NCBI GenBank assembly: GCA_020428005.1
Contig: JAGQNP010000002.1
Location: 1-61,902, forward strand
Origin: Candidatus Saccharimonadota bacterium
Lineage (GTDB): Bacteria > Patescibacteriota > Saccharimonadia > Saccharimonadales > JACQNP01
Length of the DNA stretch: 61,902 nt
Direction of reading: 5' to 3'
Shown here: positions 36,409 to 44,713 of the stretch, piece by piece
Layout of the letters: every line of letters begins with the position of its first letter
Numbering within the stretch: position 1 is the stretch's first letter
Position numbers and translations under genes: made by a program
The notes under the pieces: generated by a model
Told to the model about the DNA's origin: nothing
Database searches by the model: none
The model's input: only the letters and a program-made list of their open reading frames with translations

Positions 36409-36636
36409 ATGCAGAAATGTGATTTAACTGGCAAAGGAAAGCAATACGGAAGTAACGTTAGCTTTTCACAGCGCCATACCAAGAAGGTATGGAAGCCAAA
36501 TCTTCAGAAGAAGACTGTTATTGTTGATGGCAAAAAAGTCCAGATGAAACTGTCTACTCAAGCTATTCGCACACTCAAGAAAAAAGGTCTACTTGGCGAA
36601 ACCAAAACGACAACAGAAGCTACTCCCGCAAAATAA
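36409..36636 (+). CDS. rpmB: 50S ribosomal protein L28
   Basis: MQKCDLTGKGKQYGSNVSFSQRHTKKVWKPNLQKK is typical L28. Confidence 0.85.
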   Translation: MQKCDLTGKGKQYGSNVSFSQRHTKKVWKPNLQKKTVIVDGKKVQMKLSTQAIRTLKKKGLLGETKTTTEATPAK

Positions 36637-36657
36637 GCAGGGTGTTATAATTTTATA

Positions 36658-37278
36658 GTGGAATTCGACAGAGATTTAACCTCATTAATCACTATACTTG
36701 TGACCATTGTGGTTGCCTTGGCTGTTCACGAAATGATGCATGCCTGGGTAGGTCTTAAATTGGGTGATACAACTGCTAAAGAAAAGGGCAGGATCAGCTT
36801 TAATCCATTGGCTCATATTGACCCATACATGACGGTAGCTTTACCTATAATAACGCTTGTTCTGTTTGGTGTGCCAATATTGGCAGCCAAGCCAGTTCCA
36901 TTCAATCCCTTGAGGGTTAAATGGGATGAATACGGGGCTGCACTGATAGCTCTTGCTGGACCTGTCTCCAACATTGTCATGGCGTCAATTGCGGCAATTT
37001 TGGTCAGGGTATTCTTTCCTACAGTCAGTTTTGTCAGTACTGCGTTAGTAACCTTCACAGCAGTTAATGTTGGTATTTTTGTGTTTAATATGGTTCCGAT
37101 TCCACCCCTAGACGGATCTAGGGTGCTTTATGCCTTTGCACCAGAGTCAGTCCAAAAATTTATGGCCCAGATGGAATTATATGGGTTGTTTGTTGTCTTT
37201 GCTCTGGTCATCCTGTTTCCACCTTTTAGTGAGTTATTGATAAATATTAATACTTCAATTCTTCGCTTCTTGCTTTGA
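36658..37278 (+). CDS. site-2 protease family (M50) membrane metalloprotease
   Basis: HEMMHAW (HExxH) in the first TM, polytopic, PPLDGSR motif; GTG start. Confidence 0.7.
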   Translation: MEFDRDLTSLITILVTIVVALAVHEMMHAWVGLKLGDTTAKEKGRISFNPLAHIDPYMTVALPIITLVLFGVPILAAKPVPFNPLRVKWDEYGAALIALAGPVSNIVMASIAAILVRVFFPTVSFVSTALVTFTAVNVGIFVFNMVPIPPLDGSRVLYAFAPESVQKFMAQMELYGLFVVFALVILFPPFSELLININTSILRFLL

Positions 37279-37297
37279 AATTAGTATAATTAAATTG

Positions 37298-37424
37298 GGC
37301 CAGCGAAATGATAATCTGAATATTTATCATTCGGGACACCCAATATTCGTGTAAGACCGTGGTCTTACCGTGCGGAAACCCACCTGGGATTACATCCAGG
37401 TTGTCATACTGGTCTAAGAAAACT
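37298..37424 (+). ncRNA. candidate structured RNA (sRNA or structured 3' UTR of the M50 gene), family unknown
   Basis: TATAAT at 37285-37290. Closing helix GGCCAG (37299-37304) / CTGGTC (37409-37414). Internal hairpins CGAAATGATAA...TTATCATTCG, AAGAC-CGTG-GTCTT and CCTGG-GATTACAT-CCAGG. Ends at a strong terminator; contains no ORF. Confidence 0.25.
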
Positions 37425-37452
37425 AAAAACTCGAGAAATTTCTCGAGTTTTT
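37425..37452. terminator. bidirectional intrinsic terminator
   Basis: AAAAA-CTCGAGAAATTTCTCGAG-TTTTT is a perfect palindrome with an A-run and a T-run. It sits between the convergent M50 and YbjQ-like genes. Confidence 0.7.
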
Positions 37453-37516
37453 ATGATGAAAGTACAATCTTGTTAAAATTCATAGAAGTAACTATGCATA
37501 CCCGTATCGAACTCTT

Positions 37517-37837
37517 TTATACTAGATTTACAGCTGTACCTGCAGCAACTACAAGAAGCATGCCACTGTCTTTACCGGCAGAAATGTAATCCACATCTAT
37601 ACCAATTACTGCATCTGCACTAATTTTTGTTGCTGATTCCACAAGTCTTTTCATGGCTGCGTCACGAGCCATTTTTAAATCACGCTCATATGCTCCAGGA
37701 CCACGACCATCACTATCACTAACACTTGAAGACATCGCGCTGAGCACATGTCCACCAATCACACCCTCACCCATTACAATACCCAAGTATTTTGATATTG
37801 TTTTGTCCTCTATACTGTCGGTTGTTGTAAGTAACAT
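37517..37837 (-). CDS. YbjQ/UPF0145 family protein
   Basis: MLLTTTDSIEDKTISKYLGIVMGEGVIG...ADAVIGIDVDY is typical of UPF0145; AGGAGG RBS. Confidence 0.7.
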   Translation of the reverse strand: MLLTTTDSIEDKTISKYLGIVMGEGVIGGHVLSAMSSSVSDSDGRGPGAYERDLKMARDAAMKRLVESATKISADAVIGIDVDYISAGKDSGMLLVVAAGTAVNLV

Positions 37838-37878
37838 TAGCTTCCTCCTAATAAATATAGCATAATTTGAAACTATTT

Positions 37879-37896
37879 TGGTCGGGGTGACAGGAC
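37879..37896 (-). pseudogene. orphan 3' fragment of a tRNA-Pro gene (T-arm 3' strand, acceptor and CCA)
   Basis: Minus strand GTCCTGT-CACCCCG-A-CCA. The acceptor strand is exactly complementary to CGGGGTG at 38222-38216, not to the adjacent intact tRNA. Confidence 0.5.
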
Positions 37897-37901
37897 AATA
37901 T

Positions 37902-37977
37902 TGGTCAGGGTGAGAGGACTTGAACCTCCGGTCTCACGACCCCCAGCCGTGCGCTTTACCAACTAAGCTACACCCTG
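37902..37977 (-). tRNA. tRNA-Pro (anticodon GGG)
   Basis: 76 nt: acceptor CAGGGTG/CACCCTG (C1:G72), anticodon loop ctGGGgg, T-arm GGAGG-TTCAAGT-CCTCT, CCA encoded. Confidence 0.9.
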
Positions 37978-38183
37978 ATGACCAATATTATATTGTATTT
38001 CTTGAACCAAGACCCATAAATTACCAGTGGTAAATTATGTTTTCCTTGCTTGGCTGAGCGAAATAGCTTTAGTCATTGAGCGAACATTTTTAAACACGGC
38101 CACATTCTGCGGCCCCGAAACTTCTACTTTGAAAACAAGTTTTCAAGTGAAGATTTCCTTGCGTAATGCCACCGGCATTTCTC

Positions 38184-38222
38184 ACCCCAGCCGTACGCGC
38201 TAGCCAACTGCGCCACACCCCG
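38184..38222 (-). pseudogene. orphan 5' half of a second tRNA-Pro(GGG)-like gene (positions 1-38)
   Basis: Minus strand CGGGGTG-TG-GCGC-AGTTGGCTA-GCGC-G-TACGG-CTGGGGT, followed by unrelated sequence with no 3' anticodon-stem strand. Confidence 0.5.
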
Positions 38223-38299
38223 ACAACAGAGGTATTTTACATTAAATACACCGGACTAGGTAATAGTAATATTTATAAAAAATGTTATAATATCACTAA

Positions 38300-38683
38300 A
38301 TGGCGACAACTGATCATATTGGTATTGAGAGAATTTTCCCTGAATCACAGTTCGAAGAAGACCTGTTAGCTGGTTTACCAGATTTTACTTTTGGTCATGC
38401 TCTCGAATATTTTGCCGATCTTAATACTGACGACCGAGAATTGGTCCAATGGTACGTTATTCAACACGTGTATCCGGAAGATACCTTGTCTTATTGTTTT
38501 GATATGGCATACGGTTATAGACTGATCGATCCTGATCGTGTAAGTACCTTGGGTTTAGAAGCAGCCAGGAAAGAATTATCTAGGATAAATCGTTATAATG
38601 AACTATTCATGACTGCGACATCCTTTTCCCGAGTATCTGGAATCGTAGCGAAGTACTTGAAGCTGAAGCTGGGAATGATGTAG
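38300..38683 (+). CDS. hypothetical protein (127 aa)
   Basis: ORF with TGtTATAAT 8 nt upstream of the ATG; first gene of a three-gene unit ending in the WhiB-like gene. Confidence 0.4.
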   Translation: MATTDHIGIERIFPESQFEEDLLAGLPDFTFGHALEYFADLNTDDRELVQWYVIQHVYPEDTLSYCFDMAYGYRLIDPDRVSTLGLEAARKELSRINRYNELFMTATSFSRVSGIVAKYLKLKLGMM

Positions 38684-38913
38684 TGACATATCCTGGATGG
38701 GGTAATCGAGGAAGGTGTTACGGAGAAGAGTATGACCTCAGATACTATCAAAATTATATGAATGATGAGATTCTTCCGAAAATTGAAACTATTGTGAGCT
38801 ACTTTAATGGTGATCAAGTTAGTAGTTGGTTAGAAGCTATGTTTATATCAAGACAAGCTGTGTTAAGGGCAGAAAACAAAGCCATTGCTTCCGAGGCAAT
38901 TCAAAGTCAGTAA
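38683..38913 (+). CDS. hypothetical protein (76 aa)
   Basis: GTG start overlapping the preceding stop by 1 nt; no family recognised. Confidence 0.35.
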   Translation: MTYPGWGNRGRCYGEEYDLRYYQNYMNDEILPKIETIVSYFNGDQVSSWLEAMFISRQAVLRAENKAIASEAIQSQ

Positions 38914-38916
38914 TCT

Positions 38917-39231
38917 ATGGGTATCAGACAGCAAAAAGCCGAAGCTGCTGCCAGAGCAGAAATAGAAAGGCTTGAACTTAGAGCAGAAGTTGATATTAGA
39001 TTAGAAGAGAACCGTTGGGAATATTATGCAAATTGTTTAGGTGAATCTCTTGAGTCATTCTTTCCTTCAGATGCTCGCAGGGTGGAAGCTGCTAGAAAAA
39101 TATGTAGCATGTGCGTTGTCAAAGAAGAATGTCTAGAATATGCTTTAAACAATAGAGAAGATCATGGTGTATGGGGCGGAATGTCAGAAAGACAAAGAAG
39201 ACGAATATTAAAACAGCGCAGATTAGTTTAG
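38917..39231 (+). CDS. WhiB-like (Wbl) Fe-S cluster transcription factor
   Basis: Four Cys in Wbl spacing (C-X24-C-X2-C-X5-C: ANC...KICSMCVVKEEC), GVWGG turn, basic tail ERQRRRILKQRR; 104 aa. Confidence 0.8.
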   Translation: MGIRQQKAEAAARAEIERLELRAEVDIRLEENRWEYYANCLGESLESFFPSDARRVEAARKICSMCVVKEECLEYALNNREDHGVWGGMSERQRRRILKQRRLV

Positions 39232-39254
39232 CCAACTTGTTATAATGGACTCAT

Positions 39255-40217
39255 ATGGCAAAAACAAAAAAGATTACTGGCAAAAAAGTTGCATCGATCT
39301 CGATGAATGTCAGTATTTCCGATATTGTTTTGAATCTGATAGTCGCGTTTTTTACTCGAAGTACCGTTCTATTGGCGCAGGCACTGCAAGGATTATCTGA
39401 CTTAGTAACGGCTGGAGCCATTTATTGGGGAGTAAAGCGCTCACAAAAACACCCAGATCGAGCTTATCAGCTCGGTTATGGAAGGGAAGTATTTTTCTGG
39501 GTTTTAATAGCTGGGGTAATTATGTTTACCGGTACTGGTGGCATGTCGTTTTATTTTGGCTACCAGCAATTTACAAATCCTCAGGCAATATCAAATATCT
39601 ACATTGGGCTTGGAATGCTTGTCATAGGCTTAATTAGTAACGCCTATGCTCTGAATATGAGCATAAGACGCCTTAAACAAGCTGATCCCAAGATCAGTTG
39701 GACTAAACAACTAGTAGGATCTAGCTTGGTCGAGACAAAGGCTACACTCTTAGTAGATTTTATGGGCACTACTGGCGCGGTAATTGGTTTGTTTGCGCTT
39801 ACTGCCTTTGCTTTAACTGGTAACTCAAGGTATGACGGTCTTGGAAGTATGCTCATTGGCATAGGAATGATGTCAGTTTCCATATTATTAATCAGAGATG
39901 TTGGTAGTCTAATAATTGGTCGTTCGGTCGATAAGTATGTTCAAGATCAGATTATAGAGGCCTCAGTGGATGTTGATGGAGTATTGGATGTTCTGGATCT
40001 ACGCACAATGTACATAGGCCCAGGCAGGATGCTTGCCCTAATTGAAATTCACGTAATAAAAGGATTGGAAACAACTCACATAGAGAAACTCATTGATGAA
40101 GTTAAAGAGTCAGTAAAGAAGGTTGTGCCAGATATTCATCATATTCAAGTAGAGATAGAAACACCTGACAAGAAGCCACGAAAACTGTCTAGAAAAATAA
40201 AAAGTTCTAAAAAATAA
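39255..40217 (+). CDS. cation diffusion facilitator (CDF) family metal efflux transporter
   Basis: Six-TM N-terminal domain plus cytoplasmic C-terminal domain; typical length and pattern (LAQALQGLSDL...); 320 aa. Confidence 0.75.
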   Translation: MAKTKKITGKKVASISMNVSISDIVLNLIVAFFTRSTVLLAQALQGLSDLVTAGAIYWGVKRSQKHPDRAYQLGYGREVFFWVLIAGVIMFTGTGGMSFYFGYQQFTNPQAISNIYIGLGMLVIGLISNAYALNMSIRRLKQADPKISWTKQLVGSSLVETKATLLVDFMGTTGAVIGLFALTAFALTGNSRYDGLGSMLIGIGMMSVSILLIRDVGSLIIGRSVDKYVQDQIIEASVDVDGVLDVLDLRTMYIGPGRMLALIEIHVIKGLETTHIEKLIDEVKESVKKVVPDIHHIQVEIETPDKKPRKLSRKIKSSKK

Positions 40218-40263
40218 GTGCATATGCTTGTGCAATTACAGTAGTAAGTAATAATATTCACTT

Positions 40264-40575
40264 ATGAGCGAAGTCAGTAGGGAGAAGTTTGTTGGCAAAG
40301 TTGAGCTAGTTACCGGCATGGCAAGTTATACATTAGGCGCATTAGCAGGTTTAACCACGATTATCTACGAAGGATCAAAGCAAATTTATGCCGGAATGCA
40401 CAGCATGTCTATGATGCGTGTTAATTCGGGTGTTGAATTTGACTCGAGATCAACCACTGCTTTAGCTGTTTCACTAGGTGTCATGGCGGTCGGATGTTAC
40501 AACTCTAACAGGGGATTTCAGAGGATTGTAGCTGCTGAAATTGAAGAAATGACTTCAGGACAACTACCTGATTAA
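40264..40575 (+). CDS. hypothetical small membrane protein (103 aa)
   Basis: ORF with two hydrophobic segments; -10-like TAATAT 6 nt upstream of the ATG. Confidence 0.35.
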   Translation: MSEVSREKFVGKVELVTGMASYTLGALAGLTTIIYEGSKQIYAGMHSMSMMRVNSGVEFDSRSTTALAVSLGVMAVGCYNSNRGFQRIVAAEIEEMTSGQLPD

Positions 40576-41589
40576 CATCGAATCTCCATAACTAAGAAAA
40601 GCATACTTTTCTTTAATTGCTTCCTGATAAGCGTGAGCTAAATTATTCCAGCCAGCAAAAGCCGCAGCCATCATTAGTACTGTTGATTTTGGTGCATGAA
40701 AGTTCGTCAACATTACATCAACTGATTTAAATTTGTACCCAGGGTATATAAATATGTTTGCTTCGCCCGAAATGTCAATATTTTGATCTTTCACAAGTTG
40801 GGCCGCAACATACTCTAAAGTGCGCGTAACCGTTGTGCCAACTGCAACAATTTTATTAGAGTTAAGTTTTGCATTTTTGATAATTTCAATCGTATTTTTT
40901 GGTATCTCAAAATACTCGCTATGCATCTCGTGATCCTCTATATCATTGCTTCTTATTGGCAGGAATGTGCCCAGGCCAACATGTAGAGTAAGGTAAGTGA
41001 TAATTACACCTTTTTCCTTAAGTTTTTGCTCCAATTCCTCCGTAAAGTTGAGTGATGCAGTTGGAGCTGCCACCGAGCCTGGCGTCTTAGCGAACACAGT
41101 CTGATAGCGCTCAATATCTTCTTTAGTAGCATTACGGTGCATGTATGGTGGCAGTGGCACCGTGCCCTCATGTTCGGCAAGCTCCAAAATATTGTGCGAA
41201 CTGCTGATTTTGGCAATGCCACCGTCCAATACTTTTTCGACTGCAATGGGCACGCTTTTTACAGTTAAAATTTCGCCAGCATGTATTCTACCTCTGTAAA
41301 TAGCCTTACGTTTGGTAAAATCTGTATTGTGATGATCTTCTAATAGTAAAAGCTCACGGCCTTGGTCCTTACTATTTTTGGCAAGCAGGCGTGCTTTGAT
41401 GACTTTTGTATCATTAAGTACTAACACATCTCCAGACGATAGATAATTCGCCAAGTTGGAATATTTGTTATGTGTAATTCTACCCGAGGATTTATCTAGT
41501 ACTAGTAAACTACTAGTGCCACGAATTTTAGGCGGGTGAATTGCTATTAACTCTTCGGGGAGGTCGTAGGTGAAATCAGAAACTTTCAT
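40564..41589 (-). CDS. queA: S-adenosylmethionine:tRNA ribosyltransferase-isomerase
   Basis: MKVSDFTYDLPEELIAIHPP... is a typical QueA N-terminus, giving 341 aa. The track ORF extends 72 codons further, into the divergent gene, which is judged spurious. Confidence 0.85.
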   Translation of the reverse strand: MKVSDFTYDLPEELIAIHPPKIRGTSSLLVLDKSSGRITHNKYSNLANYLSSGDVLVLNDTKVIKARLLAKNSKDQGRELLLLEDHHNTDFTKRKAIYRGRIHAGEILTVKSVPIAVEKVLDGGIAKISSSHNILELAEHEGTVPLPPYMHRNATKEDIERYQTVFAKTPGSVAAPTASLNFTEELEQKLKEKGVIITYLTLHVGLGTFLPIRSNDIEDHEMHSEYFEIPKNTIEIIKNAKLNSNKIVAVGTTVTRTLEYVAAQLVKDQNIDISGEANIFIYPGYKFKSVDVMLTNFHAPKSTVLMMAAAFAGWNNLAHAYQEAIKEKYAFLSYGDSMLIR

Positions 41590-41626
41590 TTCAGTAATCA
41601 TATCAAAGAAGTTACAATAGGGGCAG

Positions 41627-42424
41627 ATGAAAACATTAAAACTTGACCATAAACTTGCTGAACTTGTTTTATCAGGTGAGAAGAAAAATACTTGGCGACT
41701 CAAAGACGATAAAAACTTAACAGTAAATGACGATGTCGAGCTGATTGATAAGGTAGATCCAGAACGACCAGAGACTTGGCAAAAGATCGGTGTGGCAAGA
41801 ATCACTAAGATTCTTGAGAAGCGTTTGCAAGATATTCAACCTGAAGATCAAGAAAACCACGAAGTATATGGATCTAGAGGTGTTATGATTCAAGTTTTTC
41901 GTAATTATTATGGTGAAGATGTGAATGAGAATAGCCCTGTGAAGATGATTGATTTTACATTCTCGGCATATCCCAAACCCCGACCAATAAAAGAAACGCA
42001 AATGAGTATGATAGTTGAGGCGCCAGAGAAGATTAAGTTGTTCGCCGATGGCGGCTCTAGGGGTAATCCAGGACCTTCGGCTAGTGGTTTTGTACTGCTT
42101 GATCTTAATGATGAAATTATTACGAAACGAGGTGAGTACATAGGTATAACCACAAATAATCAGGCAGAATATCAGGCACTTAAGTTTGGTCTGGAAGAAG
42201 CCAAAAAACTTGGCGTGCAAGAAGTGGATGTTTATCTGGATAGCCTACTTGTAGTTAACCAGATGATCGGCAAGTTCAAGGTTAAAAATCGTGACCTATG
42301 GCCTGTTTATGAGGCAATAAAAGAGCTCTGCAAACAGTTCAAGAAGGTAACATTCACGCACGTACCAAGAGAAATGAACAAAATCGCTGACGGCATGGTC
42401 AACGAAACCCTCGACGCCCAATAA
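41627..42424 (+). CDS. ASCH domain - RNase HI fusion protein
   Basis: N-terminus LKLDHKLAELVLSGEKKNTWRL (ASCH-like). C-terminus ADGGSRGNPGPSASG...NNQAEYQAL...DSLLVVNQM...NKIADGMVNE (RNase H DEDD pattern). Confidence 0.65.
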   Translation: MKTLKLDHKLAELVLSGEKKNTWRLKDDKNLTVNDDVELIDKVDPERPETWQKIGVARITKILEKRLQDIQPEDQENHEVYGSRGVMIQVFRNYYGEDVNENSPVKMIDFTFSAYPKPRPIKETQMSMIVEAPEKIKLFADGGSRGNPGPSASGFVLLDLNDEIITKRGEYIGITTNNQAEYQALKFGLEEAKKLGVQEVDVYLDSLLVVNQMIGKFKVKNRDLWPVYEAIKELCKQFKKVTFTHVPREMNKIADGMVNETLDAQ

Positions 42425-42425
42425 A

Positions 42426-42953
42426 CTAATCTGTTAATTCAATAATTTCTGCATCGCTAATGTCTATAGTTCCTTTATAAAGCACGTGAGGAATGAACTG
42501 ATAGTTGAATGGTAGTTCACCTGTACCTATTAGGGATTTGTAGTATTCAATTGTTGGTTTGGGTATAGTCTGTAGGTTATTAAAGTCGACATCTTTCATC
42601 CACTCTACCCAATAGTTTTCATACCCAGGTGCGGTTTTAAAGTAAACAGCCGTTTTTTCAGGATCAAAAGAGCTAATTGGGATTTTGTAGAATTTATAGG
42701 GGTAAATTTTATCAATCAGTCCCAGTTCTTTTTGGAGCGAATAAACCTTTTGAGGGTCAAGAGGTAAAAATTGCACCACATCGTTCCATAGGCAATCTAG
42801 AAGCTCAATCCGTCGTTCCAGCAGCTCTTCGCGACCTTTGTATTTCTCCAATGCTTTTTTCTTTATGTCTTCTAGATCACTATCCATCTTATTTAGTGGT
42901 AGTAGTTTGTCGCCATGCATGTTTTCCGGAACGGCGTGATAAACGAAATGCAT
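42426..42953 (-). CDS. hypothetical protein (175 aa)
   Basis: ORF only; no family recognised. Confidence 0.45.
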   Translation of the reverse strand: MHFVYHAVPENMHGDKLLPLNKMDSDLEDIKKKALEKYKGREELLERRIELLDCLWNDVVQFLPLDPQKVYSLQKELGLIDKIYPYKFYKIPISSFDPEKTAVYFKTAPGYENYWVEWMKDVDFNNLQTIPKPTIEYYKSLIGTGELPFNYQFIPHVLYKGTIDISDAEIIELTD

Positions 42954-43000
42954 AGTACGAGTATAACCTAATTTATGATTTAGGTATGCTAAAATAACAG

Positions 43001-43327
43001 GGCTAGATTATCGGCTAATCGCTCGCTCACAAGCGAGAGGAAAGTCCGGGCAGCATAGGGAAAGGCAGTCGTTAACGGCGACCGGGAGTAATCCTAGGGA
43101 AAGTGCCACAGAAACGAAACTACCTTTAGGTACAGGTGAAACGAGTGGGGTAAAAGCCCACAGTCCCCGTCGGTGACGCCGGGGGGAGGTAAACCCTGCC
43201 TGCTGCAAGGAGATAAGCCTACTAGTTTCCCGCTAAGGCCTGTCGTTAACCGCTTGATCTGCTGAGCAATTGGTAGACCAGATAGATGATTAGCTAAAAC
43301 AGAACCCGGCTTACGGATAATCTAGCT
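43001..43327 (+). ncRNA. rnpB: RNase P RNA (bacterial type A)
   Basis: GAGGAAAGTCCGGGC at 43037-43051; ACAGAAA; AGATGATTAGCTAAAACAGAACCCGGCTTA. P1 GCTAGATTATC (43002-43012) pairs with GATAATCTAGC (43316-43326). Confidence 0.85.
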
Positions 43328-43337
43328 AGAGAATATG

Positions 43338-43366
43338 AAAAACCACTCCTTATCGGGGTGGTTTTT
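43338..43366 (+). terminator. intrinsic terminator after rnpB
   Basis: AACCACTCC-TTATC-GGGGTGGTT followed by TTTTT. Confidence 0.7.
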
Positions 43367-43427
43367 GCTTATGCTTGCATCTGTTAAGGGCACTATATAA
43401 ACTACTAGCATATTTAAGGAGGGTTGC

Positions 43428-44708
43428 ATGGCAGATGTACTCATAATTGGAAGTGGTGGACGTGAAGATGCGTTAAGACAGGCAATGTTGGCATCGCCAG
43501 AAGTAGCTAGAGCCGAGGTTCATAGCAGTGTCGAACAAGGTGTCGAGGCATTCAGGGGAAGCAGTGATGTATTCTCGATTGTTGGGCCAGAAGCAGCGCT
43601 TGTTGATGGGGCGTCAGATTATCTACGAGAGCTAGGTCACACAGTCCTTGGTGTTAGTCAGGAAGCAGCTCAATATGAAGCGAGCAAAGCAAAAGCAATC
43701 AGAACAGTACCGGAACTATTTCCTCAGACCTTCATTGCTGACGGTTCTGACATGCCAGACAAAGCCAGAGCATTTGTAGAAATGAATGAACCAGGTAGTT
43801 ATTATATTAAGGCTAATGGTCTCGCGGCTGGAAAGGGCTCAATTGGTCCACATAGCAGAGATCATGCAATACAGGTAATCGAAGACATGATAAGCGGTGG
43901 ATACGATGGTGCGGGCACAGAAATAATTAACTTCCAAGAGCTTATAACTGGCCCAGAGGTTTCACCAGTTGCCCTAGTCGGTAGAAACGGTGATTTTGTA
44001 ATACTACCTTATGCCCAGGATCACAAAAAATTGCTTGCTGGTGATCAGGGTCCAAACACTGGCGGAACCGGTGCATATACCCCCGTCCCAGAGTCTCTAG
44101 TTAATGCTAATGAACATGCAGAAATTGAAGAGATGATAGCAACCGCTCTGGAAAAGGCTGCTGCACAGGGAACACCTATAGAACAGGGAGTCCTTTATGC
44201 TGGTGTAATAAAAGACCTTGGTTCTGATGGCAAGCCTAGAACATCCAGGGTTTTTAAATTTATGGAGTGGAACATAAGATTTGGTGATCCAGAAACTCAA
44301 TCACAATTGGCATCAATGGTTGCATCTGGGGTAGACGTATACCGACTTTTACGTTCTGCTGCTGATGGTGATCTGGAAAAACCAAACATTGATTTGCAAA
44401 AACTACCTGTGGCAGCACTAACTGTTGCTCTTATGGCTAATGGCTACCCTGTAAAAGCTCAAACAGGAGAAGTTATATATGGCATTGATCAAGAGTACCA
44501 AGGCGTGACTTTACAAAAAGCGGGTATGAAGTTCGAGGATGGTAAGTGGATTACTTCAAGTGGTCGGGTTGTTTACGCTACTGGTGTTGGTGAAGACATT
44601 GATGAAGCTGCTGACAGAACATTCGCGGCTATAGGTAAAAACGGTGTTCATTTTAAAGATATGCATTATAGACACGACATTGGTTGGCAGGCTAGAACCA
44701 GATTTTAG
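43428..44708 (+). CDS. purD: phosphoribosylamine-glycine ligase-like ATP-grasp enzyme
   Basis: N-terminus VLIIGSGGREDAL is typical PurD; ATP-grasp middle region; AAGGAGGG SD; 426 aa. Confidence 0.65.
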   Translation: MADVLIIGSGGREDALRQAMLASPEVARAEVHSSVEQGVEAFRGSSDVFSIVGPEAALVDGASDYLRELGHTVLGVSQEAAQYEASKAKAIRTVPELFPQTFIADGSDMPDKARAFVEMNEPGSYYIKANGLAAGKGSIGPHSRDHAIQVIEDMISGGYDGAGTEIINFQELITGPEVSPVALVGRNGDFVILPYAQDHKKLLAGDQGPNTGGTGAYTPVPESLVNANEHAEIEEMIATALEKAAAQGTPIEQGVLYAGVIKDLGSDGKPRTSRVFKFMEWNIRFGDPETQSQLASMVASGVDVYRLLRSAADGDLEKPNIDLQKLPVAALTVALMANGYPVKAQTGEVIYGIDQEYQGVTLQKAGMKFEDGKWITSSGRVVYATGVGEDIDEAADRTFAAIGKNGVHFKDMHYRHDIGWQARTRF

Positions 44709-44713
44709 TAAGT

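Noticed and set aside
37978-38183. Group I intron interrupting tRNA-Pro in the anticodon loop
   Set aside because: The intervening sequence would have to contain a complete second tRNA. I could not find the conserved P7/P3 (R/S-type) core sequences or a proper 3' exon after it. An insertion or replacement scar fits better.
37359-38369. Track ORFs 37359-37589, 37653-37865 and 38166-38369
   Set aside because: They overlap the terminator and structured RNA, the YbjQ-like gene (antisense), and the tRNA-Pro 5' half-gene respectively.
41590-41805. 72-codon N-terminal extension of queA in the ORF track
   Set aside because: QueA homologs begin at MKVSDF... (ATG 41589). The extension is Ser-rich, overlaps the divergent ASCH-RNase H gene, and would leave no promoter space.
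43008-43208. 66-aa ORF on the minus strand
   Set aside because: It lies entirely inside the RNase P RNA gene (GAGGAAAGTCCGGGC etc. on the + strand).
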